Source: Escherichia coli (GTDB taxonomy: Bacteria > Pseudomonadota > Gammaproteobacteria > Enterobacterales > Enterobacteriaceae). From it: a stretch of DNA of 64,000 nt. Location: NCBI RefSeq assembly GCF_009931435.1, contig NZ_CP043415.1; one strand, 5' to 3'. Position 1 is the stretch's first letter. The number at the start of each line of letters is the position of its first letter. Shown here piece after piece: positions 1 through 11,333 of this stretch. The translations under genes and the position numbers were made by a program. A model generated the notes under the pieces. The model did no database searches. It was not told the DNA's origin and was given only the letters and a program-made list of their open reading frames with translations.

Positions 1-515
1 TGTCTGCGCACCTTTTCCAGGCGCGCCTGCGCATACTGTTCTTCTTCCTGTGTGATATGTTCTGTCACATAGCCTTCTGTATCATAGCGGCAGGCACCGG
101 CTTTCATGGCGCCAAGATAGCTTTCTGAACGGGTGATGGCCTTCAGTGCCCTGCGCAGTTTTTTATGAGAGAGCGGGATATTCCGCTGAGACACCTCATC
201 CAGTAAAACTTCCCGGATACCACAGGCAAGAAGCCGGGGCGTGTTACCGTCAAACAATCCCGGCCACCAGGGTTTCAGAGTGTTCACCGCCTCATCCAGC
301 GAGGGCAGCGTCAGATAAATGGACAGCGCCTGTCTGGCCTGTGCTTTCTTCGCCGCCAGCTCTGCTTCCCGGGCAGCCTTCTCCGCCAGTTTCTGCTTTT
401 TCACCTTCCATTTTGGTGGCGTGGTGACATTGATGATGGTTTTCCGGCTGCGGACAGGCGTCTCTCCTTCCGTTTTCCGCTTCAGTGTCAGTACCGGTCG
501 TTTTTGCTCTGCCAT
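1..515 (-). CDS. finO: FinO fertility-inhibition RNA chaperone; ATG at 515-513, 3' end beyond window start
   Basis: Minus-strand translation from 515 reads [40 protein letters not shown]..., matching FinO; no stop before position 1 so absent from ORF track; no IS interruption seen. Confidence 0.85.
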   Translation of the reverse strand, partial: MAEQKRPVLTLKRKTEGETPVRSRKTIINVTTPPKWKVKKQKLAEKAAREAELAAKKAQARQALSIYLTLPSLDEAVNTLKPWWPGLFDGNTPRLLACGIREVLLDEVSQRNIPLSHKKLRRALKAITRSESYLGAMKAGACRYDTEGYVTEHITQEEEQYAQARLEKVRR

Positions 516-617
516 GCTTACTCTGACCTTCGTGAAAATATGCCCTGCAGGCCGTTGAAACAACTCATCGTAACAGGAAGTTAATTTCAACGACCTTTAA
601 CGTATAAATACTGACAA

Positions 618-1478
618 TTAAAGATATTGTTTAAACCATTGTGTCTGCACAGCTACTACACGTTCAAAAAACGCGCCCTCATAAATATCATAATGGCATG
701 CATCAGCTTCCTCGTATAATTCCTTAGTACCAGAAGCAACAGCATCATATAATGCTCTTCCCTGTTCCGGTGGATTAACGCTATCCTGGCCGGCAATAAC
801 AACCAAAACTGGGCACTGTACTTTGGCTGCGCTCTCTGCCGGTTTATATTGCAACGTTTCCATGACCGTAAGGAAAGGTATTTTTATATCCATTTCGGGA
901 TGCCGGGCTTTGATTTTCTCGAAGAATACCTTCGATTCATCATCACTTAGTACCCGTGTAACCCCCACAAACATCTCTTTCCCGGTGTTTTTCTTCTTCT
1001 CTGCCATTTTATTCAGCGTGGATAGAAAAGACGCTCTCTCCGATTCATTCATCTCTCCGGTAACCAGAACCTCACCGTCAGCAAAAGCCAGCTGGCTGAC
1101 AATACATTTTACGCGTTGGTCCTGCGCAGCTGCACTGAAGACATGCCCCCCTCCCAGCGATGTTCCCCATAACCCAATACGCTGATTATCAATACATTCC
1201 TGCTTTTCTGCCCAATTGATAACTGAAATAATATCTTCGGTCTGCATTGCAGGAACCAGACGACCTCGTTCTCCATCACTCTCACCGAATCCTCGATAAT
1301 CAAAAGTAATCGTTGCGAATCCTGCTTCTGTGAAGGCATTCGCAAAGCAAGGGAGCAGAACATTCCTGATACCGCAAAACCCATGGCATAAGATAATCAA
1401 AGGATGTTTTATATTTCCTTCAGGAACACGAAATGTCAGGGCAATACCTTCAGAGAGTTTGTGATCCGTAATTTTCAT
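618..1478 (-). CDS. alpha/beta hydrolase, 286 aa (orf286-like gene between traX and finO)
   Basis: ORF track 286 aa; G-x-S-x-G nucleophile elbow (GTSLGGG); position between traX and finO as in R100-type plasmids. Confidence 0.7.
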   Translation of the reverse strand: MKITDHKLSEGIALTFRVPEGNIKHPLIILCHGFCGIRNVLLPCFANAFTEAGFATITFDYRGFGESDGERGRLVPAMQTEDIISVINWAEKQECIDNQRIGLWGTSLGGGHVFSAAAQDQRVKCIVSQLAFADGEVLVTGEMNESERASFLSTLNKMAEKKKNTGKEMFVGVTRVLSDDESKVFFEKIKARHPEMDIKIPFLTVMETLQYKPAESAAKVQCPVLVVIAGQDSVNPPEQGRALYDAVASGTKELYEEADACHYDIYEGAFFERVVAVQTQWFKQYL

Positions 1479-1536
1479 AAATATCCTGTGTTATGTTGTT
1501 TATTAATAAGCAGAATCAGCGTCAGTATCATACCAG

Positions 1537-2283
1537 TCACAACGCCAGAATGCCCAGCACAGCCAGATGACAGCCATAGAACGTCGGGAAAAAATCTCCG
1601 GGCCAGAAACGGGGTAATGATTTTCCTACACGCGACACCAGACCAACGGTCAGCACCGTCATCACAAGACCAGCTACAGCCGCCGCATCACTGGAGGCAA
1701 GGTTAAGTGCCGGAATCACGGCCAGCAGGCATGCAACCAGCACCAGACGTTCCGTTCTGTCTTCCGCCCGGTACAGCCGGTGACTGACTGCCAGCATCAG
1801 CAGCCCGGCAATGCCGTAACTGGTGCCGGACAAAGGCCCCCACAGTGCCATCAGGAGAATGGCCGCTGCAGTACGCCACCCACTGCGCGTTTCACACCAT
1901 GTCAGCACCTGTGCCGCCACTGCAAAGGCAAACAGGATATTCCCCTCATACCAGGGAAAGCCGGCCAGATAATATGCGAACTGGGCAATCATCGCCCATC
2001 CCCACAGCCGGTTAATGGCCGGTTGCCGGATATGCGCATGACGGGACAGATTCAGCCCCCACACCAGGGCAAACAGCGGAAAGGCCCCACGCCCAACCAG
2101 AAACATCCACGACTGGTCCAGATGCCGAATGCGGTTTGCATGGTCCAGAACCATCAGCACCAGTGCCACCGTTTTGATGATATCCCGCTGTCCGGGTGAC
2201 CAGACCAGCAACGACTGCAACCAGGTATCGGTCCGGGCAGCCAGTGAATCATTACGTGTTGTGTTCGTGTTATCCGTTGTCAT
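1537..2283 (-). CDS. traX: TraX pilin N-acetylase, polytopic membrane protein
   Basis: 248 aa hydrophobic ORF immediately downstream of traI; F tra operon synteny. Confidence 0.85.
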   Translation of the reverse strand: MTTDNTNTTRNDSLAARTDTWLQSLLVWSPGQRDIIKTVALVLMVLDHANRIRHLDQSWMFLVGRGAFPLFALVWGLNLSRHAHIRQPAINRLWGWAMIAQFAYYLAGFPWYEGNILFAFAVAAQVLTWCETRSGWRTAAAILLMALWGPLSGTSYGIAGLLMLAVSHRLYRAEDRTERLVLVACLLAVIPALNLASSDAAAVAGLVMTVLTVGLVSRVGKSLPRFWPGDFFPTFYGCHLAVLGILAL

Positions 2284-2302
2284 CAGCGTTTATCTTCCTG
2301 TG

Positions 2303-5300
2303 TCAGTCTCCGCCCAGGGTTTTCTCTTTCTGCAGGTCACGAACCATATCCCGCTCCATCTGCTGCAGTCGCTCCTGCAGCAGATTTTCCCGGGCAACCT
2401 CCCGGACCGCTTCCCGCACCCGTTGTGGTTCACGCAGTACACTCTCCGGCAGCGCGGCTTCCCGTTCAGATATGGCAGACCGGTCACGCTCCAGCCCGGC
2501 AATATCCCTGACAGCCTGCTCTGTTTTGCCGTCCGGCAGGTCAGGTTTGTTCTCTGCCATTTTACGGACAATTTCATCCGCACGGCGTTCCGTTTCACGG
2601 CGGATGGCCTCTTCAGCCTGCCGCTGTGCCAGTACCTCTGCCGTGACCGGTTCGCCATTTCCGGCTCCCGGCTGAACGCTGTTGTCCGGGATATCCCCCC
2701 ACACGCGACCACCGGTGATGGTACCGGGATTCCACGGACGACCTTCACCGGCGATTCTTACCACCACACCGCTGTCAGGATTATCACGGGCAATCCGGAC
2801 ACCATCCTGCATATTATCAGCCAGCAGGCTCTCTCCGTTACGGCTGCCCTGCAGGGCCACGAACTGCGCATCCCCGCTGCCTTTCACCCGGCCTTCACCA
2901 CTGAAGCCCCGCAGCCCGTTTCCGTCATCCGTGGTCAGCGGATTCAGCCAGATACCGGCGGACTTGCCGTTACGGTCAAAAGCCGGCAGTGCCACATACG
3001 GTTGCGGATATTTACGTCCCGGAGCAATAAACCGTGCAGGACTGTCTCCCCCGGCCAGCCCCGCCTGACGGAGAACGGCACGGCCTGCCGCCACGTCCCG
3101 CAGCTCCCGCGCCGTACTGAACAACCGCTCTGCATTCATGACCTCCCGGTCCGGTTTCGGCTCAAACACATCGTGGGCAGTTCCTTTCTGTACGGCATTG
3201 TTGATGGCATCCGTCCAGCCCTGACGGTTATCGGTGTACACCTGCACATGCTGCTTCATACGCGACAGGGCCACATAGGCTGACTCAAAGCCGGCCATCT
3301 GTTTCCGGTTACCTTCCGTGCCTTCAAGCGCAATGGCAAAGGTTTCACTTGCCCCCTGCGCACCGTGAGCGGTGATGGCATAGGCCAGGTCAATATGTTG
3401 CTCTGCCTGCTCCTGGCCGGGGCGAATCTCCCGGGTCTGCAGTCCGTCCGACAGCGTGACACTGTCACCGGAAACCGCTGTCACCGTCCAGACGCTGTTG
3501 GCCACATAACCGCGCTCCCGGTCACTCTTCGTGAAGCGCATCCGGTCACCGGTTCCCACCCGGATGGTGTCCGGAGTGTATAGTGTGACGCCTTCAGCCA
3601 CCGCCTCCCGGGGCGAAATCAGCCGCGTGTTACCTTCCGCATCCTCCAGGGTTATCAGCCCGTCATCCTTACTGATACCGGCAATCCGGTGATACACATT
3701 ATCCACCAGGGCAAGTGCGTCCCGATGTGTCTCCCAGGTGGAGAGACGACGCAACTCCCCGTCGCGTATATTCGCTGTGTTCAGGACAGGCACCATGACC
3801 TGCTCTTTTCCCAGCTCACCGGCCTTTTCCAGTGCATCATGAATCATGCTGTTCAGCACGCGCCGGTCCTCATTCAGGTGCGTAACAATCAGCGTCTGCT
3901 CCCGTGCTTCCGGTGTCCTGCCGGTATAGTCGCGGACAATGGCTTCATACAGTGTCATGGGGACATCCGGAAAAGCCTCGCCTTTCAGCATCGCTTTCTG
4001 CTGCGCTTCTGCCAGTTTCGCTTCCTGGCTGTGACTGAACTCCGTCACGGAGTGCTCCGGTGCCCATGCGCCCTCCAGACGTGGCACCTGAGACGGTTTC
4101 ACACTCTCAAGCCCGGACAGTGCCCTTTCCACATCCCGGTTAATCAGGCTGTATACCGCCTCCCGCAGTTCCGGCGTCTGACGCACAATCTCCTTCATGA
4201 TGGCCACATCGGCAGCACTGCGCGTCTGCTGGAGACGGAAAGGCTGACCGGGCGCGATGGCCTGCAGCTGGTCCGTGTCACCGCTGGCCACGGCACGACC
4301 ACCACCGGCCGCAATCAGGGCGTATGCCCGTGCCATGTCGGTATTGCCCACCATTGAGCTCTCATCGAGCAGGAACAGCGTGTTGCTGAAATCCGGCGTT
4401 TCTCCGCTGCGCTGCTGCAGCTGCGTGTCATGCAGAAAGGACGCCAGTGTCTGTGCATCCACGCCTGCGCTGCGCATCTCCCCGACCGCACGGTGCGTGG
4501 GCCCCAGCCCAACGACACGGGGACGCTCACTCTCCGGCAGCATGTTCACGGCTGACATCACCGCCCGGAACTGTGTGGTCTTACCCACCCCGGCATACCC
4601 CTGCACCACCGTGAAACGGTCGGACGTTTCCAGTATCATGCGGGTGGCGGCACGCTGTCCTGATGTCAGTTTCTCCATGAGTTCGCCAGGTACTCTCTCC
4701 ATCAGCGGCGTGACCGCCTCCTTACCCTCGAGAATATGGCGAAGAATGCTCTTTTCTGCCTCATACGACGCACGGGAAACCAGCAGGTCTGTGCCATAGC
4801 CTTTAGCCACATCCACATGCAGTAAATCACCCCGTTTTATCTGCGCATCGATTTCCCGCCCCAGTTCAGTAAAACTGGTTCCTTCTGCAGCAAACGACTT
4901 TGCCTCTGTCAGCAGGTCCACATGGCTGAAGGCCAGGTTTTTACTTTCCACCACCGGAAGGGCCAGATGAATGGCCTGCTGTGCCGGCGTGTGAAGTGCG
5001 GACTTCTGATGACTGATAGCCGTTTCCAGCGATGTCTCACCGGCACGCGCCTTTATCTGCTCAGAAACCACCGTAAAGGAGGGATGGCGGGCAAGTTTTT
5101 CCGCAGTACGGGTTTCATCCAGTGAGGAATACAGCCGGACATCACGACCGCTGCGGGCCAGACCGTTCAGGGTGGCGTTGTCCATTGCCATCTGTGTGAC
5201 GGAGGCAAAAACCTTCGCACTGTCGCTGACGGAATGCCCGGGCGTTTCCACCCAGCCGTTCTCCAGCTTCAGTGCCGTGAACGGTGAATCAGCCACAGGC

Positions 5301-7573
5301 AGGGTGGCCGGTTCAGCCCGCCCCGGCACAACAACCGTCATCGCATCTTCACTGACGGATGCCACCTGCAGGCGGTCACCGCCGGAGACGCGGAGTCCGG
5401 GAATTTTCCCTGTCACCCTCAGTCGCTCGCCGTCTGCCACCGGCATTTTTTCCGGCCGGAACAGCGACCAGCTGCTGTCCAGGGAGGAAATACGCACCAC
5501 CTGCGTTTCACCCTGCGCATCCCGCAGGGTCAGGCTGTGACTCTGCGCCGTCACCCGGTCGATAACATAGCGGTCATGACTGCGTGTCTCCGGGTTCCAC
5601 TGCTCCATCACCATCCCCGGACGGTACATATCCCGCAGATAACGGCTCCGGCTGTCCAGCCAGACCGGTGACAGGGCGGTCATGGTTACCTCCGGGTGTC
5701 CGAGCACGCCCTGTGTTTTCAGCTCACTGCGAATGGCCTGTGTCAGTATGGCCTGTTCCCGTACCCCGCTGACCTGTGCCACGCTCTCTTCTCCGGCTTT
5801 CACGCTGACCGCAAAATCTCCTGCCAGCCGGGCATAGCGGACATTACGGTCCGGTTCACTGATGATGGTGGCCGGTCGCTGTTCTCCCCCCTGCCAGCGA
5901 TATGTGTTCACCCCGGCATCCTTCATGGCCATCAGTGCACTGCCTGTACCGGTTCGCTGCCCGCTGTCGGTTATCAGGACCTGTACGTTATGACGTGCAG
6001 CACCGTCCAGCAGGGTTAACGTCTCTTTCAGGGAGAGTTTTTCGCCCTGGTCAACGATAACAGTACTGCCCGGCGTGAAGGCCATGCCTTCCAGCAGCTG
6101 ACGACGTCCGGTTATCAGCTCACCGGACAACCGTTCATCCTGCTTCAGGTTCATCTGCGAGCGACGGTCAGCAGCGATAATCTGCACCTCCCGCCCCTGC
6201 TCCCGGGCCATCATGACCAGTTCAGCCACCCGCTCACGCTGCCCGGCTGCACCGCCCTGCCCGGACACAATGGCCAGCGACGGACGGTCCTGTGCCAGAA
6301 CACTGACCGCATCGCTGTAACCAGCCGTCCGGGGGACACTTTTCTCCGGATGTACGGTCACCCGGTTCTGTTTCATGATGTCACGACTGAGTGCCCGGAC
6401 TGACAGCTCATCGAGCACATGAATCCCGGACGTGAACAGCCCCTTCTCACGATCGAGGGGGATAAGCTGCTCACGGCTGATGGCCTCATCGATACCGGCG
6501 CGTGCCCGTTCAATCACACCATTTTCCGGCGGCAGTATGCCGACCGTTCTGGCCAGCACGTCCGTGTACGTAAACTGCACTTTTCGTTCACTTAATCCGG
6601 CAATGGCCTGTGTCACCGCCTGCTGCACATCCGGCCCCTCCTGTGAAACAGCCCCGGGCGCCTGCGTGCGGGTCTCCGCACGCTGATCCGCCGCGTCACG
6701 ATATGCCCGGATGTCGAACCCGGTTTCCTTCAGCGTCTGCATCCATTCAGCCATTCTGACTTCAGGATCGACGTGCTGTTTGGATTTTCGCGTATCCAGT
6801 GCCGCCACATCCCGGGATTTCAGCGAGGCATCTTCCCCGACGGCCTCCCGGATTGCCTGTGAGCGTCCGGAAAAGGCCTCCACCGGTACGCCCGGCATTT
6901 CCCACATACCGTGCTTACCCACCACTTCGGTTTCATAGCCCAGCGCCTCAACCTGCTCTTTCAGTTTTTCCCGGTAGAGCCTGCCAAAGGCAATCTGATT
7001 AGCGTACACATTCTCAATGAACCCCGTTTTCCCCACTTTGTCACTGCTCAGTGTCTTCCATTCGCCGTTATGCTGCGTGACATTAGCCACCACCGCATGC
7101 GTGTGTAACTGTGGTTCCTGATCGCGACTGGTGTCGTGGTTAAACAGTGCCATCACCAGATTACCGGTCAGCACCGTTTCTGACTGTCCGTCCGTCATCA
7201 CCCGTGTGGAGGCCAGCGCCTCCACCTGACGAACAGCAAAGTCCACGGCCTGGTTATGTGCATCAATCAGGCGCTTATCGCCACCTAACATGGCCATCAT
7301 GGAGACACTTTTGGGGGCGGAGAAGGTCAGGTCGTAGCCGGGACGATGCCTGTTACTGCCATCCTGCATGCGGCTTAGATCCGCTCCGTCCGGCAGCCTT
7401 CCCTCCAGAAGACGGGTAAAAACATCCTTATCGACACTGCCCTGCAGTCCCAGCTGTTCAGCCCCCCTGCCGGCCCAGCGTTCTCCCATGCTGCCCAGCA
7501 CATAGTAATTATCCTTGTCGGTATAATAGTTCCCGGCACTGCCGGCCGATCTGACCTGCGCGATACTCATCAT
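2303..7573 (-). CDS. traI: TraI relaxase/helicase, 1756 aa
   Basis: N-terminus [26 protein letters not shown] with tandem catalytic Tyr pairs, HTHAVVANV His motif, Walker A GYAGVGKTT; length equals F TraI. Confidence 0.97.
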   Translation of the reverse strand: MMSIAQVRSAGSAGNYYTDKDNYYVLGSMGERWAGRGAEQLGLQGSVDKDVFTRLLEGRLPDGADLSRMQDGSNRHRPGYDLTFSAPKSVSMMAMLGGDKRLIDAHNQAVDFAVRQVEALASTRVMTDGQSETVLTGNLVMALFNHDTSRDQEPQLHTHAVVANVTQHNGEWKTLSSDKVGKTGFIENVYANQIAFGRLYREKLKEQVEALGYETEVVGKHGMWEMPGVPVEAFSGRSQAIREAVGEDASLKSRDVAALDTRKSKQHVDPEVRMAEWMQTLKETGFDIRAYRDAADQRAETRTQAPGAVSQEGPDVQQAVTQAIAGLSERKVQFTYTDVLARTVGILPPENGVIERARAGIDEAISREQLIPLDREKGLFTSGIHVLDELSVRALSRDIMKQNRVTVHPEKSVPRTAGYSDAVSVLAQDRPSLAIVSGQGGAAGQRERVAELVMMAREQGREVQIIAADRRSQMNLKQDERLSGELITGRRQLLEGMAFTPGSTVIVDQGEKLSLKETLTLLDGAARHNVQVLITDSGQRTGTGSALMAMKDAGVNTYRWQGGEQRPATIISEPDRNVRYARLAGDFAVSVKAGEESVAQVSGVREQAILTQAIRSELKTQGVLGHPEVTMTALSPVWLDSRSRYLRDMYRPGMVMEQWNPETRSHDRYVIDRVTAQSHSLTLRDAQGETQVVRISSLDSSWSLFRPEKMPVADGERLRVTGKIPGLRVSGGDRLQVASVSEDAMTVVVPGRAEPATLPVADSPFTALKLENGWVETPGHSVSDSAKVFASVTQMAMDNATLNGLARSGRDVRLYSSLDETRTAEKLARHPSFTVVSEQIKARAGETSLETAISHQKSALHTPAQQAIHLALPVVESKNLAFSHVDLLTEAKSFAAEGTSFTELGREIDAQIKRGDLLHVDVAKGYGTDLLVSRASYEAEKSILRHILEGKEAVTPLMERVPGELMEKLTSGQRAATRMILETSDRFTVVQGYAGVGKTTQFRAVMSAVNMLPESERPRVVGLGPTHRAVGEMRSAGVDAQTLASFLHDTQLQQRSGETPDFSNTLFLLDESSMVGNTDMARAYALIAAGGGRAVASGDTDQLQAIAPGQPFRLQQTRSAADVAIMKEIVRQTPELREAVYSLINRDVERALSGLESVKPSQVPRLEGAWAPEHSVTEFSHSQEAKLAEAQQKAMLKGEAFPDVPMTLYEAIVRDYTGRTPEAREQTLIVTHLNEDRRVLNSMIHDALEKAGELGKEQVMVPVLNTANIRDGELRRLSTWETHRDALALVDNVYHRIAGISKDDGLITLEDAEGNTRLISPREAVAEGVTLYTPDTIRVGTGDRMRFTKSDRERGYVANSVWTVTAVSGDSVTLSDGLQTREIRPGQEQAEQHIDLAYAITAHGAQGASETFAIALEGTEGNRKQMAGFESAYVALSRMKQHVQVYTDNRQGWTDAINNAVQKGTAHDVFEPKPDREVMNAERLFSTARELRDVAAGRAVLRQAGLAGGDSPARFIAPGRKYPQPYVALPAFDRNGKSAGIWLNPLTTDDGNGLRGFSGEGRVKGSGDAQFVALQGSRNGESLLADNMQDGVRIARDNPDSGVVVRIAGEGRPWNPGTITGGRVWGDIPDNSVQPGAGNGEPVTAEVLAQRQAEEAIRRETERRADEIVRKMAENKPDLPDGKTEQAVRDIAGLERDRSAISEREAALPESVLREPQRVREAVREVARENLLQERLQQMERDMVRDLQKEKTLGGD

Positions 7574-9771
7574 CAGAAATCATCTCCCGGCTCAACATCC
7601 TCCCCGCGCTCCCGGTGCACATTAATGTTCACCTCTTCACGACGCTGCATCTGCTGCTGGATGTCCGGATGATTTTCCTGTTGCCATGCCTCATAAGCGG
7701 CCATATCCACCACTTCACCGGATTCACTGATCCCGGGTGGCAGTTGCTGTTCCATCTCTTCTTCCGGTTTCATTTTCAGCTCCTGCTCGATCCCCCCTGC
7801 CGGAACATTCACACCTGAATCTGACTTCTTATCGTTGATGGCAGGAGACATCGGCTGTTGCGGCTGTTGCGGCTGTTGCGGCTGTTGCGGCTGTTGCGGC
7901 TGTTGCGGCTGTTCAGCCTGAGTCACGTCTTCTCCGGAAACAACTTCCGGCACATCCGGTTCGAAGAGGCTGGCCATCTGACGACCTTCTGCTTCCCTTG
8001 CGGCAAGTACGGCGCTCAGGCGGTTCTCCATTTCCGGGTTGATGTCACGCGGAATAAACTCAGGGGCAACCTTCGGACGTGCCTGATATTTCAGTGAGAG
8101 TTTTACTGCCGGATACGGTCCGGGCAGGGTGACATAACAGGTCAAATCCGGCAGAGACTGAATGTCGGAATAACTGACCAGCGTCTGGCGCTCCATATCC
8201 TTACCGGTCGATACCCCGTCACGTACCGGATCAGCACCGTAGGAGTACTGCTCGCTGGCTTTCAGGTGCTCTTTCTCACCAATCTCACCGGCAGCGAACT
8301 CTGCAATCTTATGGCTGGGAGAACGGAAAAAGGCACGGGTGTTCATGACGTCAAACAGCGTGGCAGCCGCTTTCTCACCGTAGATATCTTCCAGCTGGGC
8401 ATAGGACTGGATACCAAACACATAACAGCCACCGAACTTACGGGCTTCCGGCAGGATCTCCACCAGGTCCGGCAGTTTGTGTAACGTGGGTAGCTCATCA
8501 CAGAAAAACCACACACGACGGTTACGGTTTTCTCCCATTGCCAGCAGACCACGAATGGCAATGGACAGCCACATGGAGATCACCGGCTTCAGGGAGGCAT
8601 GGGTGTCGGCATTCGACGAGATAAACAGCCAGCCGTTTTTCTGATCTTCCCGGACACCCCGCATCCAGTCACGGATGGTAAAAGACTCACCGTTATGCTC
8701 AATCCCCTGCAGGTAACGGATGGCTTTCACGTAGTTGGTCAGCACAGCACGGATGGAAATCGCCGTTTTCTCAATTTTCTCTTCCACCAGGTTGGCCGCC
8801 GGTGAATTACGCAGGAAGGTACGCAGTTTTTCGATTTTGATGGAAAGCAGTGTGTCCACCAGTTTGCTGTAGCTACGGTTGGGGTCATTACGCATCAGGT
8901 ACGCCGCTTCCGCAAAAATGGTACGTCCTGAACCCTGCCAGAACGGGTCCTCTTTTGTGCCCATCGGGATCAGGGTATTTGCCGTATTATCAAAATCCGG
9001 CTGTGTCAGACACTCCTTCCATAAATCCCAGGCGGCACAGCGGGCATCCAGCGGATTCAGGATTTTATCGATGGAGGGATCATAGTAACTTTTAACAAAT
9101 TCCCCCGAACGGTCATAAATCACCACCATATCACCGCGCTGACGGGCGTAGTTGGCCAGACGACGGATAACTTCCGACTTACCGGCCCCGACCGTGCCGT
9201 GCAGACAGAAGTTCTGGATTTCGGAATCCCGGATAATCGGCAGGTCTCCAATCCGGATATCGGAGTCCTTGCCGTCTTTTTTCAGCATCCGGGCAACGTC
9301 TTTCGGATTGTCTGTCAGCTGACGACCACCTGTGGCTTCATTTTCGCTCTGTTGTTTACCCTGACGCCCCAGAATCCAGGAGACAACAAAGAAGGTAATC
9401 AGGCAAATAACCAGTGCCACAACAGCAGCCAGCACGAAGGCGGACCATAACTGCTCACTGCACCAGATCATATATTTGTCATGCAGTACCTGAGCAGCGT
9501 TCATGCGGAAGGTTTTACCGTAATACTGGATCTCATAGACCGGCTGGGATTTGATTAAATCCCGCATGCCTTCCAGCGTGGTACACCACCAGTAAATACA
9601 GCCGTTCACAAACGTCTGCCAGCTTATTTTTATCCATAAAACCAGACCAACGAGTATCCAGAAAAAAATAAACAGGCAGTAAAGCATGATATTGGCGATC
9701 TGGCTGAACATGCGGATACGCATGGACGCAATCTGACCGCCCTGGGTCATATCCTTTGCGTTAAAACTCAT
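7573..9771 (-). CDS. traD: TraD type IV coupling protein
   Basis: 732 aa, N-terminal TM segments, Walker [10 protein letters not shown]-terminal (QQP)n tract and acidic tail ...EDVEPGDDF. Confidence 0.97.
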   Translation of the reverse strand: MSFNAKDMTQGGQIASMRIRMFSQIANIMLYCLFIFFWILVGLVLWIKISWQTFVNGCIYWWCTTLEGMRDLIKSQPVYEIQYYGKTFRMNAAQVLHDKYMIWCSEQLWSAFVLAAVVALVICLITFFVVSWILGRQGKQQSENEATGGRQLTDNPKDVARMLKKDGKDSDIRIGDLPIIRDSEIQNFCLHGTVGAGKSEVIRRLANYARQRGDMVVIYDRSGEFVKSYYDPSIDKILNPLDARCAAWDLWKECLTQPDFDNTANTLIPMGTKEDPFWQGSGRTIFAEAAYLMRNDPNRSYSKLVDTLLSIKIEKLRTFLRNSPAANLVEEKIEKTAISIRAVLTNYVKAIRYLQGIEHNGESFTIRDWMRGVREDQKNGWLFISSNADTHASLKPVISMWLSIAIRGLLAMGENRNRRVWFFCDELPTLHKLPDLVEILPEARKFGGCYVFGIQSYAQLEDIYGEKAAATLFDVMNTRAFFRSPSHKIAEFAAGEIGEKEHLKASEQYSYGADPVRDGVSTGKDMERQTLVSYSDIQSLPDLTCYVTLPGPYPAVKLSLKYQARPKVAPEFIPRDINPEMENRLSAVLAAREAEGRQMASLFEPDVPEVVSGEDVTQAEQPQQPQQPQQPQQPQQPQQPMSPAINDKKSDSGVNVPAGGIEQELKMKPEEEMEQQLPPGISESGEVVDMAAYEAWQQENHPDIQQQMQRREEVNINVHRERGEDVEPGDDF
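7852..7905. repeat. 9-bp tandem repeat (CGGCTGTTG)x6 encoding the TraD QQP tract
   Basis: Six perfect tandem copies read directly in the sequence. Confidence 0.9.
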
Positions 9772-9912
9772 GATGATATTCCGAAGAAAAAAAGTCAGTC
9801 GGACTGATTATTAATGATGAAAAGATTAATAACCGTTAAATTCCGGCTTCGCCGGCAACACTTCACGGTCGCACAAAGAATTTGCACAACCGCTCAGTGT
9901 TTTCATATTTAT

Positions 9913-9950
9913 TTCGGAAACGCCGGGGAGAAATAAAATTTATTTTATTT
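9913..9950 (-). terminator. Hairpin downstream of traT (candidate terminator)
   Basis: Inverted repeat CCGGGGAGAAATAAAA / TTTTATTTCTTTCCGGGG in the traT-traD intergenic region; no clean U-run. Confidence 0.4.
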
Positions 9951-10023
9951 CTTTCCGGGGTTGGACAACGAGCAAAGCGAGGCGTCAGTCAGGAGGCCGG
10001 TCAGACCAGCCTCCGGAAGATAA

Positions 10024-10758
10024 TCAGAGAATATTTGCGATTGATTTGGCCAGCTGGTCTTCGAGAACAGGCTTCGCCTCTTCAAATTTCAGGTTAACCT
10101 TGTTCGCATTTGAGACCACACGGGTCTGGTATTTATGCTGGTTACCTGTTTCTGTACTGGTCTGAATTTTCGCACCTGATGTGCCCTGACGCAGGGCGGC
10201 AACATTATCCGTTGTCACCGTTGCCTTAGTACGCTCTGCAATCTGCACATCCGTGATCATGGTATAGTTCACATCTTCCACCATCGCATCTGCAGCCATA
10301 CCCACCAGACCGGCAGCAAGGCCCACACCGAGTGTGGCACCGGCAGAATTGGAATTATATCCGGTGATACCGGCACCTAACGCTGCACCAACTGCTGCGC
10401 CTTCATAACCACGGTTCAGCCATCCCTGAGACTCCCGCAGATCCATCTTATCGGCCTTCAGCACATTCGCCTGAATCCAGTAGTAGGCTTTATCCGGAGA
10501 AGTCACCACCTGATACCCTTTTGCTTTCACAGCATCAGCAATTTTGCCCTGCAGCCCACTCATGTCTTTATCAGACGTGTTTTTGATCTGCAGAAATACC
10601 GTGCGTTCGCTGGCGGGTTCAAGCCAGATGGTCTCACTCATCTGAGTCTTCACCTCAAGGTTACGCTTCTTGATTGCTGTGCTCATCGCACCACACCCTG
10701 AAAGGGCCAGAGTGGAACTGACCAGTGCAACCATCATTAGTTTTTTTGTTTTCATCAT
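10024..10758 (-). CDS. traT: TraT surface-exclusion outer-membrane lipoprotein
   Basis: 244 aa; lipobox LALSGC; sequence matches TraT as remembered. Confidence 0.95.
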   Translation of the reverse strand: MMKTKKLMMVALVSSTLALSGCGAMSTAIKKRNLEVKTQMSETIWLEPASERTVFLQIKNTSDKDMSGLQGKIADAVKAKGYQVVTSPDKAYYWIQANVLKADKMDLRESQGWLNRGYEGAAVGAALGAGITGYNSNSAGATLGVGLAAGLVGMAADAMVEDVNYTMITDVQIAERTKATVTTDNVAALRQGTSGAKIQTSTETGNQHKYQTRVVSNANKVNLKFEEAKPVLEDQLAKSIANIL

Positions 10759-10779
10759 ATATTTACTCTCTAATATCTT

Positions 10780-11301
10780 TTATTTTACTCTTGATAACTT
10801 CTTGTTTTTGACGTAACTATTGATTGCATCAATAACACCAACAAATTGATATCTACCGATATCTAATTGAATCAAGAACGCCATAATAACCGTCACTAAA
10901 ATTGCGCCAAAACCGTATATAATCCCTCCACCTAAAAAAGACCATAAAAATATAACCCCCATATACACAATGAAATACACTTTAAGTTTTGATGATATAA
11001 CCCTCATTACGGATGATGTCTTTAGGAATTCTTCCGGCAGAGAGAAATATAACATTCTAATCCTTGCCACAATAAACAGAATAATAAGTCCAAGCCATCC
11101 TCCGGCTAACACAGCAGTGAGTGTTTCACTTGTCTTTTGTGTTATTAGAAATGACATTAGCAAGGGACAAAAAATCATCCACCCCATGATGATAAGCCCG
11201 GGTTTTAATCCCTGCCATAGTGACGGAATTCTAATATCTCCTGAGTCAATATGTTTCTTTAAAACTTCCAACTCACTACTGATAATTTGTTGTGTAATCA
11301 T
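10780..11301 (-). CDS. traS: TraS entry-exclusion inner-membrane protein
   Basis: 173 aa hydrophobic ORF between traG and traT; assignment by position. Confidence 0.6.
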   Translation of the reverse strand: MITQQIISSELEVLKKHIDSGDIRIPSLWQGLKPGLIIMGWMIFCPLLMSFLITQKTSETLTAVLAGGWLGLIILFIVARIRMLYFSLPEEFLKTSSVMRVISSKLKVYFIVYMGVIFLWSFLGGGIIYGFGAILVTVIMAFLIQLDIGRYQFVGVIDAINSYVKNKKLSRVK

Positions 11302-11333
11302 GGTCTCTCCATACCCTACCCAACATGTTATGA

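Noticed and set aside
2129-7419. Many plus-strand ORFs of 60-384 aa inside traI (for example 2129-3283, 3689-4357, 4257-4799)
   Set aside because: They are antisense to a gene matched over its whole 1756-aa length, have no RBS and are Arg/Ser/Pro-rich, as expected for GC-rich antisense frames.
7852-7905. Possible CRISPR array (regular short repeats at 7852-7905 and 43531-43586)
   Set aside because: Units are 9 and 6 bp with no spacers; one is in-frame coding sequence of traD, the other a simple microsatellite; no cas genes in the window.
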